From positions 44,578,001 to 44,642,000 of the forward strand of contig OX597818.1 in the NCBI GenBank assembly GCA_951406725.2: a stretch of DNA of 64,000 nucleotides, read 5' to 3'. The notes beneath the pieces are model-generated. The model made no database searches. It was not told where the DNA came from and saw nothing but the letters and a program-made list of their open reading frames with translations. Source of the stretch: Octopus vulgaris (taxonomy: Eukaryota). Within the stretch, counting starts at the first letter, position 1, and the number at the start of each line of letters is the position of its first letter. Shown one piece after another: positions 39,256 to 52,604 of the stretch. Position numbers and translations under genes: made by a program.

Positions 39256-40124
39256 TCTTAAAATAGACTTGATTTATCAAATGTATAAACATCAAATATT
39301 TCCAATAGTTCTCCAATAGTCAGCTAGAACAAGTAAATATAACTGGAAGGCAGCTATGCCATGTTAGCAATATCTTTTAACAAATTACTACAAAAGTATC
39401 TTTGCATGAGAGTGGATAGCTGGATGAATCAGCCACGTTATTTCTTCAGTGCTTATTTTATTGATCATGAAAACTTTATTCAAAAATATCCTTCTTAATG
39501 AGATCCTATGTTTTGAGGTACAACTTTAGCTCTTATTCTCATGTTGTATTTCATTTATTTATCAGAAACTATCACCCATTTATATTTACGTTATTTTACC
39601 AGCATCGTAATCTCTTCTGTACACATTGGTTAATGTTTTTGATTCCTAATTACCTTCTCAGCTAACTCAGTCTTTCATGAAAGTTAATATCTTATATCTA
39701 ATTCAGTTAAACTTACACAACTATTCTCCTCTCCCTTTTCTGCATATCTTCTACATTCAATACAATGTTTTACTAACCTTTACAATATTTTTTGATTATT
39801 TCAATCACTTTATCTTCTGAACACAAAGAAAAACTCTCTATAGCTAATAGAGATAGCAACAGTCTTTTGCTTTGTCACATTTTTCTTACTTCAGCTACTA
39901 AATTACTTGCAGCACTTATTAGGTAGCAGACTAACCTACAGAACAACTAGGTACTCTGGTACACCAAATGCATTTAAAATATTGGTTTACTTTTGATCTT
40001 TTAAAGATTTCACATCTCCTATGAGATCACTGCATACCCTAAGTACACAATATTGGATTTTTACTCACTTATTTATTACATTTTGAAGCAAGTTACTTTC
40101 AAGATAGCACTGGAATTTGGTATT

Positions 40125-40340
40125 TCATCACCATCATCATCTTCATCGTCATTTAATGTCTGTTTTCCATACTGGTATGGGTTGGATGGCTTGACTGGGG
40201 CTGGTAAGGCCAGGGGCCACACCAGACTCTATTGTCTGTTTTGGCATGTTTTCTATGGCTTGATGCCCTTCCAAACACAAGCCATTCCACAGAGTTAACA
40301 GGGTGATTTTTATGTGGCACCAACAATAGTGCTTTTAATG
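40125..40340 (-). mobile_element. RTE 3' UTR, diverged
   Basis: Conserved motifs. Confidence 0.7.
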
Positions 40341-40469
40341 TGGTGCTACTTGTAAATTTATTTTCAATGTTTTGTCTATATTCTTGATACAATTCAATGA
40401 CCCTGCTGCTATGCCAACCAGCAGTGGTAACAATTTCTAGTACTAAGTGGGTAACTAATGTACTCTCTA

Positions 40470-40853
40470 CTCTTTTACTTGTTTCAGTCATGTGACTGTG
40501 GCCATGCTGGAGCACAGCCTTTAGTCGAGCAAATCAACCCAAGGACTTATTCTTTGTAAGCCTAGTACTTATTCTATCAGTCTCTTTTGCCAAACTGCTA
40601 AGTTATGGGGACATAAACACACCAGCATCGGTTGTCAAGTGATGTTGGAAGTACAAACGCAGACACACACATACATATATATGTATACATATATACGACA
40701 GGTTTCTTTCAGTTTCCGTCTACCAAATCCACTCACAAGGTTTTGGTCAGCCTGAGGCTATAGTAGAAGACACTTGCCCAGGGTGCCATGCAGTGGGACT
40801 GAACCTGGAACCATGTGGTTCACAAGCAAGCTACTTACCACACAGCCACTCCT
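40470..40853 (-). mobile_element. SINE family A
   Basis: Full-length colinear copy. Confidence 0.9.
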
Positions 40854-41216
40854 ACATACACCCAAATAAATAATATAAAAGCTAAAGTATTAAGTACAAC
40901 ATTACATACAATCAGCAATCTTTGCCAAACAGTCACAGGTAAAAATTACATTAACATTATAAACGAAAGACAGAGCATATTTTTAAGAAATATCTGTTGA
41001 TTATTCAAAAGACATAGTACAGTGAATGAAGTGAGTCCAACACTAACAGAAAGAAATACTAGTTTTATCAAAGAACCCCAGAATAAAGTTAACAAGAGTA
41101 TGTTATGCATACATCTATGTTAAGTTCTTTATTCAGAGAATAACATCACAGCAAAAAGAATCAAGAATTAATGATGCTGAACATAAACAGCAAAGTGACA
41201 AAATTAAACTCCCTCT

Positions 41217-41256
<40 letters not shown>

Positions 41257-41280
41257 AACATAAATACGTACAAACATACA

Positions 41281-41822
41281 GGGTGGCTGCCCCCTCGTTA
41301 TCGAGTATGGCCATTGCACAAAGCTTAATCAGTGTTGTTATCGTGCAATGCCTGTGCAGGAAGGTTTTTTTTTTTAAGTGAGGAAAGGCTGTGCACTGAG
41401 TCAATCTCACTCACTAAGCAACAGCAGCCATAGTCCGAAAAGAAGAACAAGTCAACATCATCGGTAACCACTGAGCCACAGGTTTTACGTTGGAGTTATC
41501 CCAGTTATCTGAGTTACCTTCTCCTAGAAGGATGCCCTGACAAAGGCTAGGAATCCTTCACTCCCAATGGTTTAACCACGCGATCGGGTATTCAGTCTGA
41601 TTATTTCTATGTCCCCGCGCATGACACAGCCTTAAGACATTTATTGGATGGCCGTTGATTCTCAAGAGTTCCTGCGCCCTTTGACGGGTTTTGTTTTTCA
41701 TCCTGCAGGGTGACCAATAAACACCCTCCTCACCAAGCAAGCTTGGTGGGGTTGCTGGTTTAGTCGCCGACGACCTGACCATGCAACAGGTTGTACTGGG
41801 TTACATGTTACCAGTAGCACTC
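41281..41822 (-). mobile_element. Non-coding, internally deleted RTE derivative (5' UTR joined to 3' end)
   Basis: AGGGCATCCTTCTAGGAGAAGGTAACTC resembles RTE 5' UTR motifs; the 3' end resembles the RTE terminus at 30257-30292; GC-rich; flanked by CATA repeats. Confidence 0.6.
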
Positions 41823-44004
41823 ATACATACATACATACATTCTCATGTTGTCAGCTATCCCAGGGAAATTAAGTGTGACTAGAACCTTTAAACACACTTT
41901 ACATTTTTTTTTTCCATCTTCACACAGCTTATGGACGCAGAGTTTTGTAATAAAAAATACTTCTTGCTGCTTATGCTCACAGTGTAGAACACCAGTAAAT
42001 CCCGAACTCTCCAAGTTCATTTTGCTGAAGCAAAGACCTACTTCTCACCAAACCTAGGCACAGCTCAAAGTTGTAGACAGCTGGTTCATTGCTTAATAAA
42101 TGTCTGACTAACTTGCAGGGGTCAGCTCACAACTAATTGACTGTATTCTTCACCAAATAATCTATGACCTTCAGTTATTGATTTTTAATATATATTTAAA
42201 CAATATTATTTATTTTTGTACCAAGTATATTAAATACTCACTAATCATTCTCAGAAATATTTGACCTGACAAAGTTAGCTCCAGGTTTACTGGAGCTAAC
42301 TCAGAATAATTAAATGAGATCTGTAACTAAAAGTGAATAAGAAAAAATTGTCTTTCTTTGGTGAGCATTCCATTTTATTAGATATTGGATATTTATTTTC
42401 TAGATGGATGTGAAATCAGCAGACAGAAACAAGGCAACTTTGAAGCTAGACATTGTTATGTATCATCAAACTTGTTATTAGATAAACAGAAGCAATTAGA
42501 AATGAAATGTGTTGCTCAAAAGCAGAACACTGTACCAATAGGGAATTATAAAAACACAGTTCAAGTGTCAAGAATTGGTACCTCGTTTTACAACTGACTT
42601 CAGTGTTAATTACTAACTCCATATAATTTTGGTGTTAATTAACCATTCCACTTAATTTTGGTGTTAATGTTAAACAATACTTGATAAAACTGTTGCATTG
42701 AAATGATCTAAGATTATGTCATGGCAAACAGCAAATCTATAAAAACAATCAGCTACTGAGCTTTGATGTAACACAAAGTTTTATTATTATAATTACTTTG
42801 ATGTCATTAACATTCTATAGCCTGCAAATATTAATTAAGTTTTCAAACACATTACATGCTTCCTGAACTCTCTAGATGCTCTTTCTGCAGAGAACATTCG
42901 GCTGTTAGAACATTCCATCACTAATCATTTAGCTTTAGTAGCAATCCTTTAATTCAAATTCTTTCTGTCAGTTTGTTCACTTCTCTGTTTTGTTCTATTG
43001 ATCCTATATTGAGAAACCATTCATTTGTGTGTTATATTTTACTGTCTAGTGGGCCCTTTACTCTGATATCAAGGCTATTTTGGTTGAAAAATCAACAGAG
43101 ATTTGTCTTCAATCATTTTCAAAGTTCCAAGTAACATGTCATTGTAACATAGTCGAAGGCCTTGCAAAGCAGATGAAAATGATAGAAAAAAAAATAACAA
43201 CATACACACAAAGGGAAATAAAAGGGATCAATACTGAATAAGCTGCATAGTAGGGGTAGAACAAGAAATAATTAGGCAAAATTCTCATGAACGTAGCTTC
43301 AAACAGAAAATACAATCAGAGATTTGCAGTTCCATTTCTACCAATTGAAGCCAAGCCCAAGGGAAGCAATAAAACTTTATAACTAAATGAGAGAATTAAT
43401 TCCTGAACAAAGAACAAGAAACTCAGAAGATATAATAAAAGGCATTGCATTTTATCAATAGTTTGTTGTTGTTTAAAGCCAGGTCAACCTTCACTGAGCA
43501 GATCAATGATAATCAATGGCATTATAGCCATTTTCATCCCAGCTTCTTTTTCAGGATATATATATCGTTTGTTTTTACTGTTTTGTTCTCATTGTTCCAT
43601 CTTTTACTGTTTTTACTTTTTTATTGTTTTTATTGTTTTCTTCTCATTGTCCTGTTCTTGTTTTACCACTTTCACCCTCCGCAAAAAATCCCAAATTTTG
43701 TTTAATTTGCTTTGCGGGAAGGACTGTTTCAACGAAGTCACGTCTTGTCCTTACTTTCGAAGCGTGGAGTAGATGAAACAGGGACAACTGAAGAAGGGGA
43801 ATATTCTTTATGTTGTATGTCTCGTTTCTCTGTATTTTTTCATTGTTTGAAAAAAAGTTTGTTTCTATGTCTTTGTTTTTATGTTTTCATTTCTCATTGT
43901 GTTCAACATTTTTGTTGTTGTCCTGTACCTATATATGCATGTAAATATAAATATGTATGTAGGTATGTACATATATGTATATATATATGCATATATTTAT
44001 ATAT

Positions 44005-44051
<47 letters not shown>

Positions 44052-44659
44052 TATATATATATAAATATGTTATTTATATTATTGGTAAAAACGGTAAGAT
44101 AACAAAAGAAAGTTTTATCTTGGCTATTGAATAATGGTAACATTAATTTACAGATATTATTTATATTATATATATTCTTCACATTTTGCCATCTTAATGT
44201 AAGAGAAGCTACATTGGATAAATAACACACACATGCACACACACTCACAGAGAAACACAAGCAGAGGCATGCACGCATGTATGCGCCTGCACACATGCAC
44301 ACACACACATGCACTCACATAGACACACATATATCCAGATGCGATTACATTATTGAATGTGACTTTCATTATTTAAGGTGTTGAGATGTAATTTGAAGAA
44401 GATTTGACTGCTATTTCTACCAAGTCAAGCAATCATATAGAGATTGCTTGTTATTTGGATTGTTTCATCTACATAATAAAAAAATACTGCCTCATTTTAA
44501 TATTTTATGGATTCCATCACATTTCTCTGTCAATCTGGCTAATTTTTTTTTCAGTCAAGTAAGACAAAAATTGAATAAGACTAAAGATAGATGAGCATCT
44601 AAACTGCAAAACTGATTCATTATTTACTTGTTACCTTGTTTAATGTTCATTTTCCTGGA

Positions 44660-44873
44660 AGGTGGTGAGCTGGCAGAAACGTTAGCACACTGGATGAAAT
44701 GCTTTGTGGTATTTCGTTTGCCGCTACGTTTTGTGTTGAAATTCCATCGAGGTCGACTTTGCTTTTCATTCTTTCGGAGTTGATAAATTAAGTACCAGTT
44801 GCATACTGGGGTTGATCTAATTAACTAGCCCCCTCCCCAAAAATTTCGGACCTTGTGCCTAGAGTAGAAAAGA
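44660..44873 (+). mobile_element. SINE family B with variant tail
   Basis: Family B head and body; tail shared with 61888-62087. Confidence 0.85.
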
Positions 44874-44939
44874 ATGTTAATTTTCCCTGCTAGCATGGCT
44901 TGGACAGGAATTGGTTTTGAGCAAGGATTTTATGGCCAT

Positions 44940-45454
44940 AGACCGAGACCTCTGGAGATATGCTGTGACTGTGAAGACCCAACAAATAATGTGAGTTCAT
45001 GGCTGTTTCCTGCACCAGCTTCACGTAGCAGCCCCAGCTGGGATCATAGGGCAACCTGCTGTGCTTGAGGAGACCTATTGAGTCAAGTACATCAACATCA
45101 AAATAAAAACAAATGGAAATTGTAGTTGTGATACCCATGCTGGTGGCATGTAAAAAGCACCATCCGAACGTGGCCGATGCCAGCGCTGCCTTGACTGGCT
45201 TCCATGCCGGTGGCACGTAAAAGGCACCAACTGATTGTGGCCATTGCCAGCTTCCCCTGGCACCTGTGCTGGTGGCATGTAAAAAGCATCCACAACACTC
45301 ACAGAGTGGTTGGCATTAGAAAGGGCATCCAACTGTAGAAACACTGCCAGATTAGACTGGAGCCTGGTGCAGCTTCCTGGCTTCCCAGACTCCGGTCAAA
45401 CCATCTAACTCATACTAGCATGGAAAACGGACGTTAAACGATGATGATGATGAT
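44940..45454 (+). mobile_element. RTE ORF end plus 3' UTR and (GAT)n tail
   Basis: DRDLWRYAVTVKT followed by the conserved UTR. Confidence 0.88.
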
Positions 45455-45747
45455 GTTCTTCAAAGGTGCAGAAGGTGCAGAATAACCAGTCATATTGTCA
45501 GCAGACAATATAAACATCTCTACCATTCCATTCCAGTCAAAGTAGTAACTTCTTCAGCAACTCTCTATCCTATGTGTCTCCTCTTTGGAATAAACAAAAC
45601 AAAAAGAGACATGTGAAATGACATGAGTTGCTGATGACGTCACAGGACGTGTGATGAAAGATTTCAGAGAGAGGACACCAAAATAAGAATAATAAAGCTG
45701 AAGTGAGGACCAAATATATAGTGTGTGTTTAACTGGCAAAATATGAC

Positions 45748-46166
45748 CAGGAGTGGCTGTGGTAAGGAACTTGCTTCCCAACCACATTGTTCTGGGTTCA
45801 GTACCACTATGTGACACATTGGGCAAGTGTCTTCTATTATAGCCTTGGGCTGACCAAAGTCTTGTGAGTGGATTTGGTAGACAGAAACTGAAAGAAGCCT
45901 GTCGTATATATATATATACACATCGTATATATATATATGTGTGTGTGCGTGTCTGTGTGTGTATGTTTGTGTTTCTGTGTTTGTATCCCCACCATCACTT
46001 GACAACTGATGTTGGTGTGTTTACGTCCCCGTAACATACCAGTTCGGCAAAAGAGACCAAGACAATAAGTACTAGGCTTACAAAGAATAAGTCCTGGGAT
46101 CGATTTGTTCAACTAAAGGTGGTGCTCCAGCATGGCCACAGTCAAATGACTGGAACAAATAAAAGA
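45748..46166 (+). mobile_element. SINE family A
   Basis: Full-length copy. Confidence 0.9.
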
Positions 46167-46746
46167 ATCCCCAAGCATAACAATATCTATTTCAACACAC
46201 GATTTCACCGGAATCTTTCGAAACAAATACATAAACATCATATCATATTAGAGCGTTCCCTATAATAAGATATCAGTTAATCTGTTTATCCGATTCCAGT
46301 TTATTCTAATCACATTATTATAGCTCATATTTTCTTTTTACCTGTTAAATCATCCTTCGGCATAGTCTTGCAGATTTTCCTAAGTTTTCATAATATCAAG
46401 TAGATATGAGACATATTCTCACCAAGATAAGATGTTTATCTGTAATGAATAAGTTATTTGGGTAGCTACTTAAACAATATTTCAATCTGAAACTGATTTC
46501 CTTTCCACATTTTTAGTTTATTTGTTATTCATCTTATTAATTTTAGATAAGTGAGAAACCTACGTGAAACCACATAAGATTTGAACGATATAACTTTCGG
46601 CACTAAACTCTCTCTGGTAAAAATCAATTCTAATATTTCTATCAATTATCAGTTTGACTGTTGCCATATCAGATTTATAACTTATCAATGTCAAGACATA
46701 CTGGACTATGCCATTTACCAGTAGTGTGATAGAGAAAAGTAAAAAT

Positions 46747-46874
46747 AACTTAGCGGTTCGGCAAAAGAGACCGATAGAATAAGTACTAGGCTTACAAAAA
46801 ATAAGTCCTGGGGTCGATTTCCTCAACTAAAGGCGGTGCTCCAGCATGGCTGCAGTCAAAAAACAAGTAAAAGA
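46747..46874 (+). mobile_element. SINE family A 3' fragment
   Basis: Tail homology. Confidence 0.8.
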
Positions 46875-47157
46875 GTTAAAGAGTATATTGTTTTAAACAA
46901 TTACTCAAAAGTGATTCTGACACATATATCTAGTTTTAAAAGGTAAGCTCTTCATATATTCCCCCACCTGATGCCAGTTCATCACAAGATTATTCATTTC
47001 TGCGAGCTGAGTGGGCTGGAACAAGGTTAAATGAAATGTTTTGTTCAAGAATACAACACATCCAAATCACAATCTTACGATCATGAGTCGAACACCCTAA
47101 CCACTAAGCCATGTGCCACCACAGAAAGAGACAAGAGTCTCTTTCTGTGGTGGCACA

Positions 47158-47580
47158 AGGCGGCGAGCTGGCAGAAAAGTTAGCATGCCGGGCGAAATGC
47201 TTAGCGGTATTTCGTCTGCCACTACGTTCTGAGTTCAAATTCTGCCGAGGTCAACTTTGCCTTTCATCCTTTCGGGGTCGATAAATTAAGTACCAGTTAC
47301 GCACTGGGTTTGATGTAATCGACTTAATCCATTTGTCTGTCCTTGTTTGTCCTTTCTGTGTTTAGCCCCTTGTGGGTAGTAAAGAAATAGGTATTTCGTC
47401 TGCTGCTATGTTCTGAGTTCAAATTCCACCGAGGTCAACTTTGCCTTTCATCCTTTCGGGGTTGATTAAATAAGTACCAGTTATGCACTGAGGTTGATGT
47501 AATCGACTTAATCCATTTGTCTGTCCTTGTTTGTCCCCTTTGTGTGTAGCCCCTTGTGGGCAGTAAAGAAATAAGAAATA
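47158..47580 (+). mobile_element. SINE family B head-to-tail dimer
   Basis: Second unit restarts at GGTATTTCGTCTGC directly after AAAGAAATA. Confidence 0.9.
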
Positions 47581-47944
47581 AGAAAAAGACAGGTGTGTGA
47601 GACAGAAGAAGAAGTAAGGGAAAACATTCACAAAAAGGATGAAATATCTATAAAAGAAGACGACATAAGGTAACTTAATATAGCTGGATTTTCTCAGTGA
47701 GTTTTTTTATTTGTTGGTTGGAGGACAGAGTTCTTTATAGGCTTTTAAGCTCTCCTAGGCTGCAGAATCTGTATGGTGGATAGCTATTGAAGTTAATGCT
47801 AATCCATTCTAAACCATATGGCGTATGTGATGTATGTGGCCTTTGTAGATAAGTTAGAATAGGATATCAGACGACAGCAGGTAAGTTTCCTGTGGGATAA
47901 AATGAATTCAGCTAATGAAAGAATTTGTTGTTTACAAAGGTGAA

Positions 47945-48105
47945 AACGTGGCTGTGTGATTAAGAAGTTTGTTTCCCTAAACATTGTGGTCTTGGGTTCA
48001 GTCCCACAGCATGGCACCTTAGACGAGTGTCTTCTACTATAGACTCAGGTTAACCAAAGCCTTTTGAGTAGATTGCATAGACAGAAACTGAAAGAAACCT
48101 GTTGT
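47945..48105 (+). mobile_element. SINE family A 5' half
   Basis: Head and core homology. Confidence 0.8.
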
Positions 48106-48201
48106 GTATATGTGTGGGTAAACACCTGTTGTGTATGTGTGTATGTGTGTGTGTAAGTGTACCCTTTTCCTGACATCACAAGATAGTTGTAAGTGAGCAT
48201 C

Positions 48202-48588
48202 TATTTCTTTACTACCCACAAGGGGCTAAACACAGAAGGGACAAGCAAGGACAGACAAACGAATTAAGTCCATTATATCGACCCCAGTGCATAACTGGTA
48301 CTTATTTAATCGACCCCGAAAGGCAAAGTCGACCTCGGCAGAATTTGAACTCAGAACGTAACGGCAGACGAAATACCTATTTCTTTACTACCCACAAGGA
48401 GCTAAACACAAAAGGGACAGACAAAGGGATTAAGTCGATTATATCGACCCCAGTGTGTAACTGGTACTTATTTAATCGACCCCGAAAGGATGAAAGGCAA
48501 AGTCGACCTCGGCGGAATTTGAACTCAGAACGTAACAGCAGATGAAATACCGCTAAGCATTTCGCCCAGCGTGCTAATGATTCTGCCA
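48202..48588 (-). mobile_element. SINE family B head-to-tail dimer, inverted relative to 47158-47580
   Basis: Same AAAGAAATA|GGTATTTCGTC junction on the minus strand. Confidence 0.9.
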
Positions 48589-49887
48589 GATTGCATGTAG
48601 GCGATGTAGTTTGTTTATATGTCTTCCATGAAAAACATGACTGGCCAAGGTAAAATATTACCTTGTTTGGTAACAGGAAAGGGTTGGCAACAGGAAGAGC
48701 ATCTAACTGCAGGAAATCTGCCACAATAAATTTCATCTAAAGCATGGAAGACAGGACATTAAAAATGACAGTGAAGATGACTGGTAGTACTTCCACAGAG
48801 ATAGATTGATGTATTCAATGACATAACATGCATGGTTGGTTTGCTGGTGACAGGATATGGATTATTGAACCCTTGGCTTATTGTCTAACTGAGAGTATCA
48901 GTAGGGGTCATGGTGAGTGCTCCGCTTTCTTAGATTGGCTTATTATATAAAAAAAACATTAATATTGAAATGAGTATTAGTGGTGCACTTATGGCCATGT
49001 GGTTAAGAAGTTTTCTTGGCAACCCTGTAGTTCTTGGTTCAATTCCACTGCACAGCCACCTTGGGCAAGTTTTAAGTTGATGAGTATCTGTGAGTGGAAT
49101 TTATTAGACAAAAAACAAAACTAGGCTGAAGCTTATTCTTTGCACATGTGTGTGTGTGTGTGTGTGTGTGCGTACGTGCATGTGTATGAGTATATGTAGA
49201 CATCATTTGTTAATGCACAATTGTAAGAGATATAAACACTGGCAATAAAGTAAAAATGAAAAATGGTGATTCATGAATGAAATCCTTCGGGATATCAGTT
49301 CTACACATGGAGTTACAAACATTTTCTTATTATTTTCATTATCAGAAACACAGTGAACCAGGGGGTTGGCCCACTGGAAACTGGCAACTGATGATGCTTA
49401 GTATTCACATATTGTGATATAAAATTAAATATAAAAGAAATAAAAATCAAGCTGAACTGCTACACATTAGTAGTTGAAGTCATAGCACTTTAAGAAAGAA
49501 ACAAGGTGTGGGTGGGTGCTTAGTTGTGGATTTTGGGAACATGATTCAGCAAAGATAACAGATGGTGTGTAAGTATATCAAGGGAGTTTGATTGTAAGTG
49601 GAAGAGGATTAATAAGATCAGTAGAACAACAGCTGTTGTACTAGTGATAGAAAAGCAAAGAGAAAATAGCAGTCCAATATATGGATTAGGGTAGGAGAAA
49701 ACCTTTGTGAAGAAATTTTAAATTTTTTTATGAGCTTCATTATGAAAAGTCAGTAGGTGCTTCAGAGCTGGGGAATAAATACTAATTCATCAAAAGGGAT
49801 AATGTATTTTTGGTTTGAATTAGGAAATCAAGCATGCCACTCAGAGTTATTTTTCTTAGCTCATTTATGTTTAATGCTTGGGTATTT

Positions 49888-50495
49888 GTGGAAGCACATG
49901 ACCAAGAGGTTAGGATTTTGGCCTCATGATCATAAAATTGTGGCTTCAATTCCTGGACTGGGTAAAAAGAGTAAAGAGGTAAAGACCCCTTCAGTCACAA
50001 ATGACCATGGGATTGCACCTAGAAAGTTCCCCTCTTAGATACATGCCTGGGCAAGGTTGTTTTGTGGAAGACCAGCAGTTGCCCATACACATCAACCTTT
50101 CCTCTCCACACCACCGATGTTATCAAAAGGAAAGGCAAAGGCTGACACAGCTTGGCACCAATGATGTCGCAACTCATTTCAACAGCTGAGTGAAACGGAG
50201 CAACATGAAATAAAGTGTCTTGCTCAAGAACACAACACAGAATCCAGCCTGGGAATCGAACTCACAACCTCATGATCATAAGCTTGATGCTCTAATCACT
50301 GAGCCATGTGCTTTCATCTGGACAAGGCAACACACTGTGTTCTTGAGCAAAACACTTTATTTCATGTTGCTCCAGTTCACTCAGCTGGCAAAAATGAGTA
50401 ACACTGCAATGGACCAGCATCCCATCCAGGGGATAAATACATGCACCACAAAAACCAGAAAACTGGACCTGAGAGTCTATATGACTGGGGAAGGG
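49888..50495. mobile_element. Nested SINEs: minus-strand tRNA/CORE-type SINE (~49963-50315) inside a plus-strand D-related SINE
   Basis: Outer halves join colinearly with 37533-37780; the inner copy has a GAGTTCGATTCC B box on the minus strand. Confidence 0.7.
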
Positions 50496-51390
50496 TCTTT
50501 AGCATTTAAAGCAGCCAAATCTAGCCCAAATATTATACCTATTTTATACTAAAACCAACCAGATCTGGCCTCTTACACCTAACATACAATGTCATTCTAA
50601 GAAAATACAATCAAATCATAACTGAATCTAAAAACTCAATATAAATTATTCTGTATAGCTCCTTCATGATCTGCTGCAGTGGCCCTCTTACTGATATATT
50701 TATGCACCAAACAGTCAAAGGAAGAAATTATTGAAATTAGTCGTTACTCATTGTGTTCCCTTTTAGATATTAATTTATGAAAATTGAAAATGATCAAATT
50801 ATACATTAGTGTGGGAAAAGATTGACTTGGAATCCAACAGAGAAAAGAATATTGATTGTTAGACACCAGAAATAATCCAGATATTTTATTAGCAACCTCA
50901 ATAACGATCAGTTCAAAGTCGAGGCCAAATTTCTAGATGAAAAGTACCTGTCATCTGACTATGTTTCATATTCTCCCATCATCAACAAAACAGCTATGCT
51001 AACCAATTTTCACTTCCAGAGTTAATGCAACAGTACAAAATGATAATGCAATACTCACAATGTAATGATTTCAAACAAATAGGGAGAAAATTATGTTGGA
51101 AATTATTCATTTTGCCTCAGTTACCAAATTTTCCCCTTTGATTGTCTGTCTATATTTTAAATGCTGTCGGATTTTTCTTATAAGGTATTGGAATCTTACA
51201 TATATACTATTCTGCCTCTAAAATGGATCTACAAATTCAATATCCCTACATATCTCACATCTGTTTTCTTTCCTCTACCTCACTCTCTATTTTGTATCCC
51301 ATCTAAATTAATTATTACTTAACCATCCTCTGACACTGTCTCCAATGAAGGGTACTCCTAAATGGGCCAGTATATATATATTAGAGGGTA

Positions 51391-51439
51391 CACTAATGTT
51401 ATTGTTGCCATTATTATCAATTATTTCGATTTGCCACCG

Positions 51440-51491
<52 letters not shown>

Positions 51492-51994
51492 TGGTAATGA
51501 TAATAATAATAATAATAACATCTTTATGAGTATTTATTTGAATATTTACTCATTTATATATATATATATATATATATATAATGTATATATCTTATGCAGT
51601 GAAATTGTTTTGAATTTTGCGTGAGACTATTCAAGATATAATGGATTACAACAAGGTGAGATGGATCTTTCATTTTAGATTTGGCAAGACCTGCTGAAGA
51701 GAAGTGAGGCACTAGCCACAATTCAAAATCATGATCCAGGTATATCTATTACCTCATTCTATGGCTTTTTAGCTGAGATAGTATGTTAAATTCTGCTTAT
51801 TTGCCCGATTTCTGTTGGTCTGTTGTATATTTTCAGTGAGATTGGTGGTTAAGTTGGAGGTTTTTACTTCCACTACACTCTAATATAATTAGGAATTTTT
51901 TGTATAGCTGTTTAATGCTAATATCGCTTGCTGCCACTAATGTTATTGTTGTTACTATAATCAATTATTTAGATTTACCGCTGATAATAATAAC

Positions 51995-52029
<35 letters not shown>

Positions 52030-52066
52030 CATCTTTATGAGCATTCATTTGAATATTTACTCATTT
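51391..52066. repeat. Imperfect direct repeat pair (51391-51555 and 51935-52066), each containing (AAT)n
   Basis: CACTAATGTTATTGTTG...ACATCTTTATGAG..GAATATTTACTCATTT occurs twice. Confidence 0.85.
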
Positions 52067-52604
52067 GTATGTATATATATTTATACATATATATAGTGAA
52101 AATGTTCGATAAAAATTTTTCCCTTATGGTGAATTGTAGAGAAAAATATAAAAAGAAGGAAAATTCATAGAAATTTTATATTGAACAATATACATATATA
52201 TGTATGTATATATTATCAAGATGAAATATTTATATGGTTGACCAGTTTTGTTTGTGCTAACCATGACTAAGAAGTTAATGATAATGTTACAATTTCATGC
52301 TATCATAAGAAGTTTCCATTCTACATAAATAGAAGGAAGGATATCTTATGTATGCATGTATGTCTGTGTGCATATGTGCATGCATGTGTATATTTGTGTA
52401 TGTGTGTGTAAACATTTCATTTACAGCTACTGTGTGGTAGCTGCAGATGAGTGTCAGTGTTGTACAAGCAGTGTCATTTGCATCCAGTCTTCAATGAAAA
52501 TCATGTTTGGCCATGGAGGAAATATTAGTTTGCTTGGGAAGAGGTGAGGATTGACCACAGGATAGTTATCTGGCCACAGAAAATCTCAGTCTCAACAAAT
52601 GTAA

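Noticed and set aside
42273-42301. Perfect 12-bp hairpin AGTTAGCTCCAG/CTGGAGCTAACT
   Set aside because: Isolated, with no CTRR end, U-tract or second copy to give it meaning.
43720-43830. GAAACAGGGACAACTGAAGAAGGGG with nearby ctgtttca/tgaaacag pairing
   Set aside because: There is no GAAA after stem II, and the spacing is too short for a permuted hammerhead. At most a dead remnant.
45628-45667. CTGATGA-cgtcacaggacgtgtgat-GAAA, hammerhead-like
   Set aside because: Core and stem II are present, but stem I is at most 3 bp, stem III is poor and there is no TA-flanked module. Compatible with chance.
51600-51740. Two plus-strand AG...GT exon-like segments
   Set aside because: They are separated by only ~20 nt, the first has stops in all frames, and no homology was recognised.
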